In this document: positions 17,817 through 27,394 of the stretch, one piece after another
Position numbering within the stretch: position 1 is the first letter of the stretch
Layout of the letters: the number at the start of each line of letters is the position of its first letter
DNA from: a bacterium
Lineage (GTDB): Bacteria; Patescibacteriota; Minisyncoccia; Moranbacterales; UBA1568
Assembly (NCBI GenBank): GCA_021821305.1
Contig: JAKACP010000001.1
Span: 260,934-324,933 of the forward strand
Reading direction: 5' to 3'
Length of the DNA stretch: 64,000 bases
Notes under the pieces: generated by a model
The model's database searches: none
Seen by the model: the letters and a program-made list of their open reading frames with translations, nothing else
What the model was told of the DNA's origin: nothing
Position numbers and translations under genes: made by a program

Positions 17817-18917
17817 ATGTTTTCACACGAAGGAAAAACCGGAGAAGGCCGGACGGGCCTGCTTCAGACGAGAAACGGGGTGATACCGACCCCGTTTTTC
17901 ATGCCGGACGCGACCCGCGGATCGGTGCGCGGGGTATCGGGCGAGGAACTGGAAGCGACCGGGATCGGGGCGATGGTCGTGAATACCTATCACCTCATGC
18001 TGCAGCCGGGCCCGGAGTACCTGAGGGATGCCGGCGGTATCCATCGCTTCATGGGATGGGACAAGCCGCTTCTTTCGGATTCCGGCGGATATCAGGTCTA
18101 TTCCCTCATCCACAAGAATCCTGAGATGGGGCGGATCACCGAGGAGGGCGCGGAGTTCCGTTCCGTGCTCGACGGGTCGAAACACCTCCTGACGCCGGAA
18201 CGCGCCATCGCGATCCAGTTCGATCTCGGCGTCGATATGATGGTGTGCCTCGACGATCCGCGCCCGAACGATGTTCCGGAAGGCGAGATGGCGGCGTCGG
18301 TCGAGCGGACCATCCGCTGGGCGAAGCGGTGCCGCGAGGAATTCGATCGGCAGGTGGCGGCGCGCGGACAGGACGACACGACCCGCCCGCTCCTCTTCGG
18401 GGTCGTGCAGGGCGGGACATCCGTCGCGCTCCGGAGGCGGTGCGCGGAAAGCCTGGCATCCATCGGCTTCGACGGATACGGCTTCGGCGGGCGGCATGTG
18501 GATGCGGAGGGGAATTTCCTCGAAGAGATCGTCCGCGAGACGGCGGCGGCCATTCCCGAGGATGCCCCGCGTTTCGCGCTCGGCATCGGCACACCGGAAG
18601 ATATCGTCCGGTGTCACGCGCTCGGCTGGGATATGTTCGACTGCGTCATCCCGACGCGGGAGGGACGCCATGGGAGGCTTTTCCTCTGGAAAACCGAAAG
18701 CCCGTTTTACGAAACTATCAATATCTCGAACGAGCAGTTCCGGGAAGATTTTTCACCGGTGGACAAGACCTGTGATTGTGAACTCTGCAGGAATCATAGC
18801 CGCGCGTATCTGCGGCACCTTTTCCGTGTCGGGGATTCGCTCGGCGGCAAGCTCGCCTCGATCCACAATCTCCGCTTCTACATGCGGCTCATGGAGCTCC
18901 TTCGCGGGGAAAAGTAA
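17817..18917 (+). CDS. tgt: tRNA-guanine transglycosylase
   Basis: TPFFMP, NTYHL, DSGGYQ, DMFDCVIPTR, CDCELC...H zinc site; start at ATG 17817. Confidence 0.95.
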   Translation: MFSHEGKTGEGRTGLLQTRNGVIPTPFFMPDATRGSVRGVSGEELEATGIGAMVVNTYHLMLQPGPEYLRDAGGIHRFMGWDKPLLSDSGGYQVYSLIHKNPEMGRITEEGAEFRSVLDGSKHLLTPERAIAIQFDLGVDMMVCLDDPRPNDVPEGEMAASVERTIRWAKRCREEFDRQVAARGQDDTTRPLLFGVVQGGTSVALRRRCAESLASIGFDGYGFGGRHVDAEGNFLEEIVRETAAAIPEDAPRFALGIGTPEDIVRCHALGWDMFDCVIPTREGRHGRLFLWKTESPFYETINISNEQFREDFSPVDKTCDCELCRNHSRAYLRHLFRVGDSLGGKLASIHNLRFYMRLMELLRGEK

Positions 18918-19206
18918 AACCGCCCGATATTCGAGCGGCAAAGATTGCTACCGGCTCTCCTCCGCCGGTCGGATTGCTCGGGCGAAGGAGGGATTCGAGT
19001 CTTTCGAGGAGACGCTCATTTTCCGGATGCGGGAAGTATCGGGTGAACTCCCTCTGTACCTCGATACATGCCGAGAGGATCTCGATCGACCGATCATCTA
19101 AAATGGCGAGGGTCGGATGGCGCTCCGCCGAGTAGCGGGCGAAGGCGCGCCACCACAAGGACACGCGCCTGATGTATTTGAGAGTCCTTTTTCTGCGGAA
19201 AATCAT
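18889..19206 (-). CDS. Orphan hypothetical protein
   Basis: 105-aa ORF with GGGAG SD and TTGTGA...TATAAA upstream; 3' end overlaps tgt. Confidence 0.45.
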   Translation of the reverse strand: MIFRRKRTLKYIRRVSLWWRAFARYSAERHPTLAILDDRSIEILSACIEVQREFTRYFPHPENERLLERLESLLRPSNPTGGGEPVAIFAARISGGFTFPREGAP

Positions 19207-19325
19207 GGTATGTCTCCCTGATTGAAGGAACGATACTTCCTTTATACTCCCGAAGGGGCGTTCTTCACAAGGAATACGTCAACCCTCGTTCATTTCGGGA
19301 AACCCCGGGAGTATCCCGAACGCGC

Positions 19326-19357
19326 AAAAAAAGACCCGGGCCTTCGGCTCGGGTTTT
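19326..19357 (-). terminator. Intrinsic terminator
   Basis: Minus strand ACCCGAGCC-GAA-GGCCCGGGTC-T7. Confidence 0.75.
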
Positions 19358-19512
19358 CATTTTTCTTGGCTTCGATGGAAGCGATCCTGCTCCGGAATCT
19401 TCCAGCTGATCCGTTCTTTGCGGATGCGGCGGAGACGGACGACCGCCATGATGACGAGAATCGTGGCGATGATCCCGACCACGAGTGGTTCGATGAGTCT
19501 TGCGATATTCAT
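19357..19512 (-). CDS. 51-aa single-TM protein with basic tail
   Basis: GGAGGAG SD, TTGTCG-N17-TATAAA promoter, terminator immediately after the stop. Confidence 0.65.
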   Translation of the reverse strand: MNIARLIEPLVVGIIATILVIMAVVRLRRIRKERISWKIPEQDRFHRSQEK

Positions 19513-19641
19513 GTCGCTCTCCTCCGATTGATTGAAAGGACTATGCTCCATCCTTTATACCACGGGCGTCTTCGCGCGACAATTTTTGACTTTCATCCTG
19601 GAAAAAGGTAGGGTTGAAGGGAAATAACGAACTTTTTTCCT

Positions 19642-21081
19642 ATGGCTGAACAGAAAAACGACCTCATGGACAAGATCGTCTCCCTCTGCAAACGGCGGGG
19701 ATTCGTGTTTCCTTCATCCGAGATCTACGGCGGATTCGCGGCGGTGTATGATTTCGGTCCGTACGGGGTCGAGCTCGCGCGCAACATCCGCGAAGCGTGG
19801 TGGAAGGCGATGGTGAGGGACCACGACAACATCGTCGGACTCGACAGCGCGATCTTCATGCACCCGAAGGTCTGGGAAGCGTCCGGGCATGTCGGGGGAT
19901 TCTCCGATCCGCTCGCGGAGTGCCGCGAGTGTCATTCGCGCGTCCGCGTCGACCACCTCCTCGAGGAGGCCGGCGTGCAGGCGGACGAGAAGATGACCGA
20001 CGAGGACATCAACAAGCTGTTTTCCGAGCACAAGGACAAGGTCGTCTGCCCGAAATGCGGCAAGAAGAGTTTCACGGAAGCGAAGAGCTTCAACCTCCTC
20101 GTCCAATCCAATCTCGGCAATTTCACGGGCGACTGGACCAAAGAACCGACCTATCTCCGCGGCGAGACCTGTCAGGGTATCTACGTCAATTTCAAGAACG
20201 TACTCGACTCCTCGCGGGTCAAGGTGCCGTTCGGCATCGCGCAGATCGGCAAGGCGTTCCGCAACGAGATCACCGCGCGGCAGTTCATCTTCCGCAAACG
20301 TGAATTCGAGCAGATGGAGATGCAGTACTTCGTCCGGCCCGAAGAGGCGGCCGCGACCTATGAGGAATGGCGCAAGAAACGATGGCAGTACTATCTCGAC
20401 CTTGGGATCCGCGAGGAGAACCTCCGCTGGCACGAGCACGAGAATCTCGTCTTCTACGCCAAGGCGGCATGGGATATCGAGTACAAGTTCCCGTTCGGGT
20501 TCAAGGAGCTCGAGGGCGTCCACAATCGGAGCGACTACGATCTCACCCAGCACTCCAAGTTCTCGGGCGAAGATCTTTCCTATCGGGACCCGATCACGAA
20601 CGAGAAGTTCATGCCGTGGATCATCGAGACCTCGGTCGGGCTCGATCGGACCTTCCTCGCGGTGATGACCGATGCGTACACGGAAGAGGAAGTCGGGGAG
20701 GGGGACACGCGCGTCGTACTCAAATTCCCCAGGAAGCTCGCCCCGGTACAGATCGCAGTCTTCCCGCTCCTCAAGAACAAGCCGGAACTAGTGGCGAAGG
20801 CGCGCGAGATATTCGGTTCGCTCAAGGAAAATTTCCGCGTCGAATTCGATGACAATGGCAACGTGGGCAAGCGCTATCGCCGCCAGGACGAGATCGGGAC
20901 ACCGTATTGTGTGACCGTCGACTTCGATACGATCGGCCTGGGCGACCCGTCTTCCGATGGAAGCCGGGCAGGAGACAAATCTCTCGAAGGCACCGTCACT
21001 GTCCGCGATCGCGACACGATGAAACAGGAGAGGATCCCGATCGCCGGATTGCAGGAGTATTTTTCCGAACGGCTGAAGTAA
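19642..21081 (+). CDS. glyQS: Glycine--tRNA ligase (alpha2, eukaryote/archaea-type)
   Basis: KRRGFVFPSSEIYGG, YLRGETCQG, GKAFRNEI, REFEQME, RYRRQDEIGTP. Confidence 0.97.
   Translation: MAEQKNDLMDKIVSLCKRRGFVFPSSEIYGGFAAVYDFGPYGVELARNIREAWWKAMVRDHDNIVGLDSAIFMHPKVWEASGHVGGFSDPLAECRECHSRVRVDHLLEEAGVQADEKMTDEDINKLFSEHKDKVVCPKCGKKSFTEAKSFNLLVQSNLGNFTGDWTKEPTYLRGETCQGIYVNFKNVLDSSRVKVPFGIAQIGKAFRNEITARQFIFRKREFEQMEMQYFVRPEEAAATYEEWRKKRWQYYLDLGIREENLRWHEHENLVFYAKAAWDIEYKFPFGFKELEGVHNRSDYDLTQHSKFSGEDLSYRDPITNEKFMPWIIETSVGLDRTFLAVMTDAYTEEEVGEGDTRVVLKFPRKLAPVQIAVFPLLKNKPELVAKAREIFGSLKENFRVEFDDNGNVGKRYRRQDEIGTPYCVTVDFDTIGLGDPSSDGSRAGDKSLEGTVTVRDRDTMKQERIPIAGLQEYFSERLK
20946..20972 (-). repeat. 27-bp CCTGCCCG...CGGG palindrome within an insert in glyQS
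   Basis: Reverse complement CCTGCCCGGCTTCCATCGGAAGACGGG; lies in the extra segment between DFDT and LEGTVTVRDRD. Confidence 0.65.
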
Positions 21082-21100
21082 ATTCCATTCTACATACCAT

Positions 21101-22375
21101 ATGAACTACAAGAAACTCACCCTCAAGAACGGCTTGCGCGTCATATTGGCGCCGATGCATGAGACGGGAACGGCGACGGTCCTCGTCATGACCGGAGCCG
21201 GGTCGCGCTATGAAGCGAGAAAGGAGAGCGGTATCGCACACTTCCTCGAGCACATGTTCTTCAAGGGGACGAAGAATCGTCCGACGGCATTCGATATCTC
21301 GCAGGAGCTCGACGCGATCGGTGCGGAATACAACGCGTTCACCGGCAAGGAATATACCGGCTACTATGCCAAAGTCGAGGCGCATCATGCCGATACGGCG
21401 CTTGACGTCGTCTCGGATCTTTTTTTGCACCAGAAGCTCGAACAAGTAGAGATTGATCGTGAGAAGGGGACGATCCTTCAGGAGATCAATATGTACGAGG
21501 ACCGACCGTCCTCCCGTGTAGGCGAACACTTCGAGGAGCTTCTCTACGGAGATCACCCTGCGGGGTGGCGTATTCTCGGGCCCAAGGAGAACATCAAGGG
21601 ATTCAAGCGTTCGGATTTCGTCCGATTCCTGAAGAAGATGTACACGGGCCCGAATGTCGTCATCGGCGTCGCGGGGAAGATCGACGAGAAGAAGATTCTC
21701 CGTGAGATCAAGAAACGGTTCGATGTCCTTGAGAAAGGGGAGAAGCCGTCATTCAGGAAAATTTCCGAGAAGCAGAAGATGCCGGCGCTCCTTATCGAGA
21801 AGAAGAAGACCGACCAGACGCACCTTCTCCTCGGGGTGCGGGCGTATCCCGCGGAGCACAAGGATCGATATGCGCTCTCGGTACTCTCGACCATACTCGG
21901 CGGCGGGATGTCGTCGCGGCTCTTTATCCAGGTGAGGGAACGGCGCGGACTCGCGTACAGCGTGCATACGAATTACGACGCTCTTCATGACGCCGGCTAT
22001 CTCGCGACCCAGGTCGGCGTCGAGCATGAGAACCTCGAGGAGACGATCCGGGTGATACTCAGCGAGTACCGCAGGATCGCGACGGAGAAAGCGGATGAGG
22101 AGGAAATCTCTCGCGCGAAGGAATATATCAAAGGGCGCCTCGCGATGGGGCTTGAAGGGTCGGATGACGTTGTCGAATACCTCGTCACGCAGGAGGTGCT
22201 CCGGGACAAAGTCACGCTTCCCGAAGAGAAGGTGAAGAAGATCGACGCCGTGACCGTAGATGACGTGCTGCGCGTCGCCAAGGATATCTTCGTCAACGAG
22301 AAACTCAACCTCGCGATCATCGGGCCGCATGATGCCGGGATGAAAAAGAAGCTCGAGAAACTGCTCGTCCTATGA
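21101..22375 (+). CDS. M16 (pitrilysin-family) zinc peptidase
   Basis: GIAHFLEHMFFKGT (HxxEH), NAFT, GGGMSSRLF, RERRGLAY. Confidence 0.95.
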   Translation: MNYKKLTLKNGLRVILAPMHETGTATVLVMTGAGSRYEARKESGIAHFLEHMFFKGTKNRPTAFDISQELDAIGAEYNAFTGKEYTGYYAKVEAHHADTALDVVSDLFLHQKLEQVEIDREKGTILQEINMYEDRPSSRVGEHFEELLYGDHPAGWRILGPKENIKGFKRSDFVRFLKKMYTGPNVVIGVAGKIDEKKILREIKKRFDVLEKGEKPSFRKISEKQKMPALLIEKKKTDQTHLLLGVRAYPAEHKDRYALSVLSTILGGGMSSRLFIQVRERRGLAYSVHTNYDALHDAGYLATQVGVEHENLEETIRVILSEYRRIATEKADEEEISRAKEYIKGRLAMGLEGSDDVVEYLVTQEVLRDKVTLPEEKVKKIDAVTVDDVLRVAKDIFVNEKLNLAIIGPHDAGMKKKLEKLLVL

Positions 22376-23406
22376 ATCAGGAATCCGTCGTCGATATCGG
22401 AACCAAGCTCATCCTCCGCGTCGCGCTCATAGCGACGGGGGTGTACTTCCTCTATCTCCTCCGCGGTGTCGTGCTCCTCGTCATGCTCGCGGTGCTCACG
22501 GCGGCGGCCTTCTATCCGATCATCGGGCGGCTTGCGCGGTGGAAATTCTCCCGGACCGGCGCGGTCGTGACCGTGTACCTGAGCTTCCTGACGCTTATCG
22601 TCGCGATGGTCGCGATCTTCATCCCGCTTTTCGTCTCGGAAATGAAGAACTTCGCGGCCGCATGGCCGGCGTACGGCGAGAAACTTTCCGGAATCCTGTT
22701 CGCGTTCGAGCAGTACTTCTGGTCGTTCGGCGTGGACTTCAGTCGCGAACAGCTGTTCGCCGAGGTCGAGACCGGACTTTCGCAGGGCGTGGGAAACATC
22801 GTCGCGACGACGGTCGGGATCTTTTCCGGGCTCATCCATTTCCTCGGATACTTCTTTCTCGCGCTCTACCTCTCGCTCGAGGAGGACGGTATCGAGAAGT
22901 TCTTCCGCGCCCTCACACCGGACCGGTATCACGCCCGTGCGGCGGAATTCGCGGGCAAGATCCGCGACCGCGTCTCCCGGTGGCTCGGCGCACAACTCCT
23001 CCTCATGGCGATCGTGTTCGCCATCTACTACGTCGGGCTCTCGCTCTTCGGCGTCCCGTACGCCTTCGCGATCGCGCTCTTCGGCGGTCTCGTGGAGATC
23101 GTCCCGTATATCGGGCCTATCCTCGCCGGTGTTCCGGCAGTCATTTTCGGCCTGCTCGAGGCGCCGGTCATCGGGTTCTCGGTACTCGCCTACTATGTCA
23201 TCGCGCATCAGCTCGAGAGTCACATCATCGCGCCGCAGATCATGAAACACTCCGCGGGGCTCAACCCGGTCGTGCTCATCGTCGCGGTGTTGATCGGCCT
23301 CGAGCTCGGCGGAGCGATCGGCGTCCTCCTCGCCGTTCCGACGGCGATGATCATGGGTGTCTTCGTGGAGGATTTCATGGAGAAACAGCAGGCCGGTAAA
23401 CAGTGA
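22372..23406 (+). CDS. AI-2E family transporter
   Basis: Multi-TM; VPYIGP, QLESHIIAPQIM, GAIGVLLAVP. Confidence 0.9.
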   Translation: MNQESVVDIGTKLILRVALIATGVYFLYLLRGVVLLVMLAVLTAAAFYPIIGRLARWKFSRTGAVVTVYLSFLTLIVAMVAIFIPLFVSEMKNFAAAWPAYGEKLSGILFAFEQYFWSFGVDFSREQLFAEVETGLSQGVGNIVATTVGIFSGLIHFLGYFFLALYLSLEEDGIEKFFRALTPDRYHARAAEFAGKIRDRVSRWLGAQLLLMAIVFAIYYVGLSLFGVPYAFAIALFGGLVEIVPYIGPILAGVPAVIFGLLEAPVIGFSVLAYYVIAHQLESHIIAPQIMKHSAGLNPVVLIVAVLIGLELGGAIGVLLAVPTAMIMGVFVEDFMEKQQAGKQ

Positions 23407-23415
23407 ATCGGAATC

Positions 23416-24102
23416 ATGACACCGGAAACGAAGGGACAATTGCTCATCGTCGCCACCCCGATCGGCAATCTCGAGGACATCACGCTCCGGGCGTTGCGCG
23501 TGCTGCGCGAGTGCGACACGGTGCTCGCCGAAGACACGCGGGTCACGAGGAAGCTTCTCTCGCATCACGGGATCGACAAGCCGGCCGTCTCGTGTCACGA
23601 ACACACGGACGAGGGCAAGCTCGCGCGGCTCGTGGAAGAGATGAAAGAGGGGAAGAGTTTCGCCTACGTGACGGACGCCGGGACGCCGGGCCTTTCGGAC
23701 CCGGGTAACCGCCTCGTCTCGCTCGCGGTCGCCGCCGGTATTCCGGTTTCGCCGATCCCGGGCGCGTCGGCTCTCGGCGCGATCGTCTCGGTCGCGGGAA
23801 TCGATATGCGCGAGTTCGTCTTTCTCGGGTTTCCTCCGCACAAGAAGGGGCGTGAGACGTTTTTCAAGAAAGTGACGGCATCCGAATATCCGGTCATCTA
23901 CTATGAGTCGCCGCATCGGGTGATCAAGAACCTGCGCCTGCTCGGGGAGTTCGCTCCCGAAAAGCGGATCATCGTCGGCCGCGAACTCACCAAGATGTTC
24001 GAGGAAGTCGTCCGCGGTCCGGTCGCGGATGTCCTGGCCTATTTCGAAGCGAATCCGGGGAAAGTGAAAGGGGAGTTTGTCGTCATCGCGTATTCGGCAT
24101 AA
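23416..24102 (+). CDS. rsmI: 16S rRNA C1402 2'-O-methyltransferase
   Basis: VATPIGNLEDITLRA, EDTR, DAGTPGLSDPG, YESPHR, RELTK. Confidence 0.96.
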   Translation: MTPETKGQLLIVATPIGNLEDITLRALRVLRECDTVLAEDTRVTRKLLSHHGIDKPAVSCHEHTDEGKLARLVEEMKEGKSFAYVTDAGTPGLSDPGNRLVSLAVAAGIPVSPIPGASALGAIVSVAGIDMREFVFLGFPPHKKGRETFFKKVTASEYPVIYYESPHRVIKNLRLLGEFAPEKRIIVGRELTKMFEEVVRGPVADVLAYFEANPGKVKGEFVVIAYSA

Positions 24103-24106
24103 AATG

Positions 24107-24132
24107 AAAAAGCCCGATGCGTTGCATCGAGC
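24107..24132 (-). terminator. Intrinsic terminator of the 55-aa ORF
   Basis: Minus strand GCTCGATGC-AAC-GCATCGGGC-TTTTT. Confidence 0.75.
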
Positions 24133-24151
24133 CGTGGTCGGTCGGAAAATC

Positions 24152-24319
24152 CTAACCGGAAAAGGTGGTGGCGATCCAGTCGAACCAGGTGCCGCTGGCG
24201 AAAGTACAGCTTCCACCCGTGGCACAGTCGGCCGACAGACTGGTGTATACGATCACCAGGAGAACGATAAACGCCATAAAAGCCAGTTTCCGGTCCTTCC
24301 GTTCCAGTGCAGTGTCCAT
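24152..24319 (-). CDS. 55-aa membrane peptide (not in ORF track)
   Basis: MDTALERKDRKLAFMAFIVLLVIVYTSLSADCATGGSCTFASGTWFDWIATTFSG*; AAGGAGGT SD, consensus promoter and terminator. Confidence 0.75.
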   Translation of the reverse strand: MDTALERKDRKLAFMAFIVLLVIVYTSLSADCATGGSCTFASGTWFDWIATTFSG

Positions 24320-24373
24320 CTTTGATACCTCCTTCTGGTTGAGAAAATTGTGAAGCTACGATTACAAGTTCGT

Positions 24374-24402
24374 ATTATACTCCGAAAAAACCGTTTTGTC
24401 AA
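24374..24402 (-). promoter_or_regulatory. Perfect sigma70 promoter
   Basis: Minus strand TTGACA-N17-TATAAT. Confidence 0.85.
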
Positions 24403-24476
24403 CCCTGTTAAACAATAAAACGTGCTATTTTTCTTTATGTAGAAGCGATTCTTTCGTTTAACAAGGTCAAGAGTAT

Positions 24477-25910
24477 ATGAACGAAAATACTGAAAATAAG
24501 CCTTTTTACATAACGACGACTCTTCCGTATGTGAACGGATTGCCGCATCTCGGATATGCGCTTGAGGCGGTTCAGGCGGATGTGCTCGCGCGCATGGCCC
24601 GGGCCCGCGGAGACGAGGTGGTCTTCAATATCGGGACCGACGAGCATGGGCAGAAGATATTCCGGAGAGCCGCCGAGGAAGGCATCACGCCGCAGGAATT
24701 CTGCGATCGGATGTCCGAACATTTCCGTGCGCTCAAAGACACGCTTGATGTGAGCTATACGCATTTCATCCGGACGACCGACGCGCACCATATCTCCGCC
24801 GCGCAGGAATTCTGGCGTCGGTGCGAGCGAAGCGGCGATATCTACAAGAAGCAGTATCAGACGAAGTATTGCGTCGGCTGTGAGATGGAGAAGACCGACT
24901 CGGATCTCGATCATGGGAAGTGTCCGGATCATCCGACCCTGGATATCGAGATCGTCGAGGAGGAAAACTATTTCTTTCGCTTTTCGAAATACCAAGATGC
25001 GCTTCTCCGGCTTTACGGGGAACGGCCGGATTTCGTGGTACCGGCGAACCGGCTCGCGGAGATACGAAACTTCGTGGAAAAGGGACTGCAGGATTTCAGC
25101 ATCTCGCGGCTCGCGTCCAAGATGTCGTGGGGGATCCCGGTGCCGGGCGACGAGGAGCACGTCATGTACGTGTGGTTCGATGCGCTCGTCAACTATATCT
25201 CCACCCTCGGGTGGCCCGAGGACGATGCCACGTTCGGGAAATTCTGGCCGGGACTTCAGATCGCGGGCAAGGACAATCTCCGCCAGCAGTCGGCGATGTG
25301 GCAAGCGATGCTCCTCTCCGCCGGGTTCGATCCGTCACGACAGATCCTCATTCATGGTCACATCATGGTCGGGGGCCAGAAGATGTCGAAGTCGCAGGGC
25401 AACGTCATCTCGCCCGATGAGCTTCGGGAGAAATTCGGCACGGACGGAACGCGGTACCTGCTCCTCTCCTCGGGCAATCTCGAGAACGATCCGGATATCA
25501 CCATGGAGCGCCTGACCGAGAAGTACAACGCCGATCTCGCGAATGGTCTGGGCAACCTCGTCTCCCGCGTGCTCAAGCTCGCCGAGAAACTCGACCGACA
25601 AGGAGCGAGGAGCGAGGAACGAGGAACGCCCGAGGAGCTGACGCAGCTGATCGACGGATATAGGTTCGCCGATGCGATGGAATGGGTGATGGCGCTCGTC
25701 CGTGAGGCGAACAGACACATAGACGACGAGAAACCATGGGAGCTCGTGAAGACCGATACGGAGCGGTTCGAGGGCGTGATGCGTACCCTCCTCGATCGCC
25801 TCGCGCTTCTCTCGGTCGCGCTCACCCCGCTTCTTCCCCGGACTTCCGAAAAGATCGCACGAGCCATCGAGGAAGGAACAACCGAACCCCTGTTTCAAAG
25901 AATCCGATGA
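24477..25910 (+). CDS. metG: Methionine--tRNA ligase (short form)
   Basis: YVNGLPHLG, GTDEHGQKI, YVWFDAL, KMSKS, ADLANGLGNL. Confidence 0.97.
   Translation: MNENTENKPFYITTTLPYVNGLPHLGYALEAVQADVLARMARARGDEVVFNIGTDEHGQKIFRRAAEEGITPQEFCDRMSEHFRALKDTLDVSYTHFIRTTDAHHISAAQEFWRRCERSGDIYKKQYQTKYCVGCEMEKTDSDLDHGKCPDHPTLDIEIVEEENYFFRFSKYQDALLRLYGERPDFVVPANRLAEIRNFVEKGLQDFSISRLASKMSWGIPVPGDEEHVMYVWFDALVNYISTLGWPEDDATFGKFWPGLQIAGKDNLRQQSAMWQAMLLSAGFDPSRQILIHGHIMVGGQKMSKSQGNVISPDELREKFGTDGTRYLLLSSGNLENDPDITMERLTEKYNADLANGLGNLVSRVLKLAEKLDRQGARSEERGTPEELTQLIDGYRFADAMEWVMALVREANRHIDDEKPWELVKTDTERFEGVMRTLLDRLALLSVALTPLLPRTSEKIARAIEEGTTEPLFQRIR
25598..25628 (+). repeat. In-frame heptamer tract in metG (QGARSEERGT)
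   Basis: ACAAGGA GCGAGGA GCGAGGA ACGAGGA ACG. Confidence 0.8.
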
Positions 25911-25915
25911 TGTTT

Positions 25916-25945
25916 CTGAGAGCTCTCAGCTAAAAGCCAAAAGCC
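25916..25945. repeat. Short heptamer tract between metG and tatD
   Basis: CTGAGAG CTCTCAG CTAAAAG CCAAAAG. Confidence 0.6.
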
Positions 25946-26782
25946 GTGCTGGATATCCACACCCATCTCTATTTCCCGGATTTCGATCTCGACCGGGACG
26001 AAACCGTGAAACGCGCGAAGGAAGCGGGTGTCGGTTTCATGATTTCCGTCGGGACCGACCCGGAGGATAACGCGAAAGCGATCGGCATCGCCGAGGCCTA
26101 CGACGGCGTATCCGCGTCGGTGGGGCTCCACCCGCATTTTTTCAACCGTCCGGAGATCGATGAGACGCGCATAGCGGAGGAAGCCGGGAGACTGGAGACG
26201 CTCGCGGGACATCCGAAGGTCGTCGCGATCGGGGAGTGCGGGCTGGATTATTTCTCGCGCGAGCCCGGACGCCCGATAACGGACGAGCAGAAGTCGAGGC
26301 AGAAAGAGGGGCTTCTCGCGCAGATGGGAATCGCCACGAAACTCGGCTTGCCGCTCATCCTCCATACGCGTCCGTCCCAGGGATCCATGGACGCATACGA
26401 GGATATGTTCGACATTCTCAAGAGTGAATCCCTGACAGCCGTCCTACACTGCTATCAAGGTGATACTGGGATCACCCGGGAATTTCTCGGACTTCCGAAC
26501 GTGCACTTCTCTTTCGCCGGCAACGTGACCTACCCGGTCAAGAAAGCGCTCGAGGGAACGAAGGACGATATCCGCGAGACCGTGAAACTCGTGCCGTCCG
26601 ATCGATTGTTCGTCGAGACCGACTGTCCGTTCCTCGCGCCCCAGGATAAACGGGGAGGGCGCAACGAACCGGCGTTCGTGCGGATGACGGCCGGCGCCGT
26701 CGCCGCGATACGGGCGGTTTCGGAAGAGGAAATCGATCGGCAGGTCGGACAGAACGCTCTTCGGGTTTTCGGAAGAAAGTGA
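25946..26782 (+). CDS. tatD: TatD-family nuclease
   Basis: DIHTH, VGLHPH, AIGECGLDY, LHTR, VLHCY, ETDCPFLAP, RNEP. Confidence 0.93.
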   Translation: MLDIHTHLYFPDFDLDRDETVKRAKEAGVGFMISVGTDPEDNAKAIGIAEAYDGVSASVGLHPHFFNRPEIDETRIAEEAGRLETLAGHPKVVAIGECGLDYFSREPGRPITDEQKSRQKEGLLAQMGIATKLGLPLILHTRPSQGSMDAYEDMFDILKSESLTAVLHCYQGDTGITREFLGLPNVHFSFAGNVTYPVKKALEGTKDDIRETVKLVPSDRLFVETDCPFLAPQDKRGGRNEPAFVRMTAGAVAAIRAVSEEEIDRQVGQNALRVFGRK

Positions 26783-26828
26783 TAAAATGAAGCTGTTGGA
26801 GGGGGCATAATCAATTCAGCTAAAACAT

Positions 26829-27302
26829 ATGGGATTTTTCGGTTTCGGAGGCGGGTCGCCTGAAAAGAGCGCAGCTCAGGGGCGAAGCGAGGATGCCGTG
26901 TACCGCGGCGAGATTTCTCCGATCGATGGAGCGGATCCGAGCCAGCCGATCGAGTTTTCGCTCACTCCGGAGGAGTCCGAAGAGGCCCAGCGGGGGTTGC
27001 TCGCCGCGAAGGAGGCGGCGGGGCGGATCGATACCGAACGTATCGAGGTAAGTCGGGAGCACATTTTCGGGGAACAGACCGAGCGGGCTCCTGCCGAGCC
27101 GATCGGTACTCCGCGGAGCGCCGCGTTCATCGAGGAGGCGGAGCATTTCGCGGCCGAAGTGCCGGTGACGACCGCGAATCCCGGAAATCAGGGGAACGGT
27201 GAGGAGCGTATCAGATTTGACCTCAATCCGGAGCCGATCGAGGCATCCGCCGAAGGATCTGATGAGGAGCCGGTGGCACCGTCCGTCATGGGTGGCTTCT
27301 GA
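26829..27302 (+). CDS. Hypothetical acidic, probably disordered protein
   Basis: 157-aa E/P/A-rich ORF with a CATATG start. Confidence 0.65.
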   Translation: MGFFGFGGGSPEKSAAQGRSEDAVYRGEISPIDGADPSQPIEFSLTPEESEEAQRGLLAAKEAAGRIDTERIEVSREHIFGEQTERAPAEPIGTPRSAAFIEEAEHFAAEVPVTTANPGNQGNGEERIRFDLNPEPIEASAEGSDEEPVAPSVMGGF

Positions 27303-27394
27303 AATTTCCCTTGTTTGACACATCGGTGCTTTCGACATAGAATATATGGCGACGCGTGAGGCGTCGCCTTTCGTTTCCGATTCTTTTCCCTGGT

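Noticed and set aside
15890-17818. Long antisense ORFs (e.g. 15890-17818, 21997-24225, 29561-31351, 38039-39928, 43690-45519, 49959-52637)
   Set aside because: Shadows of well-supported genes; expected with high GC3; no recognisable motifs
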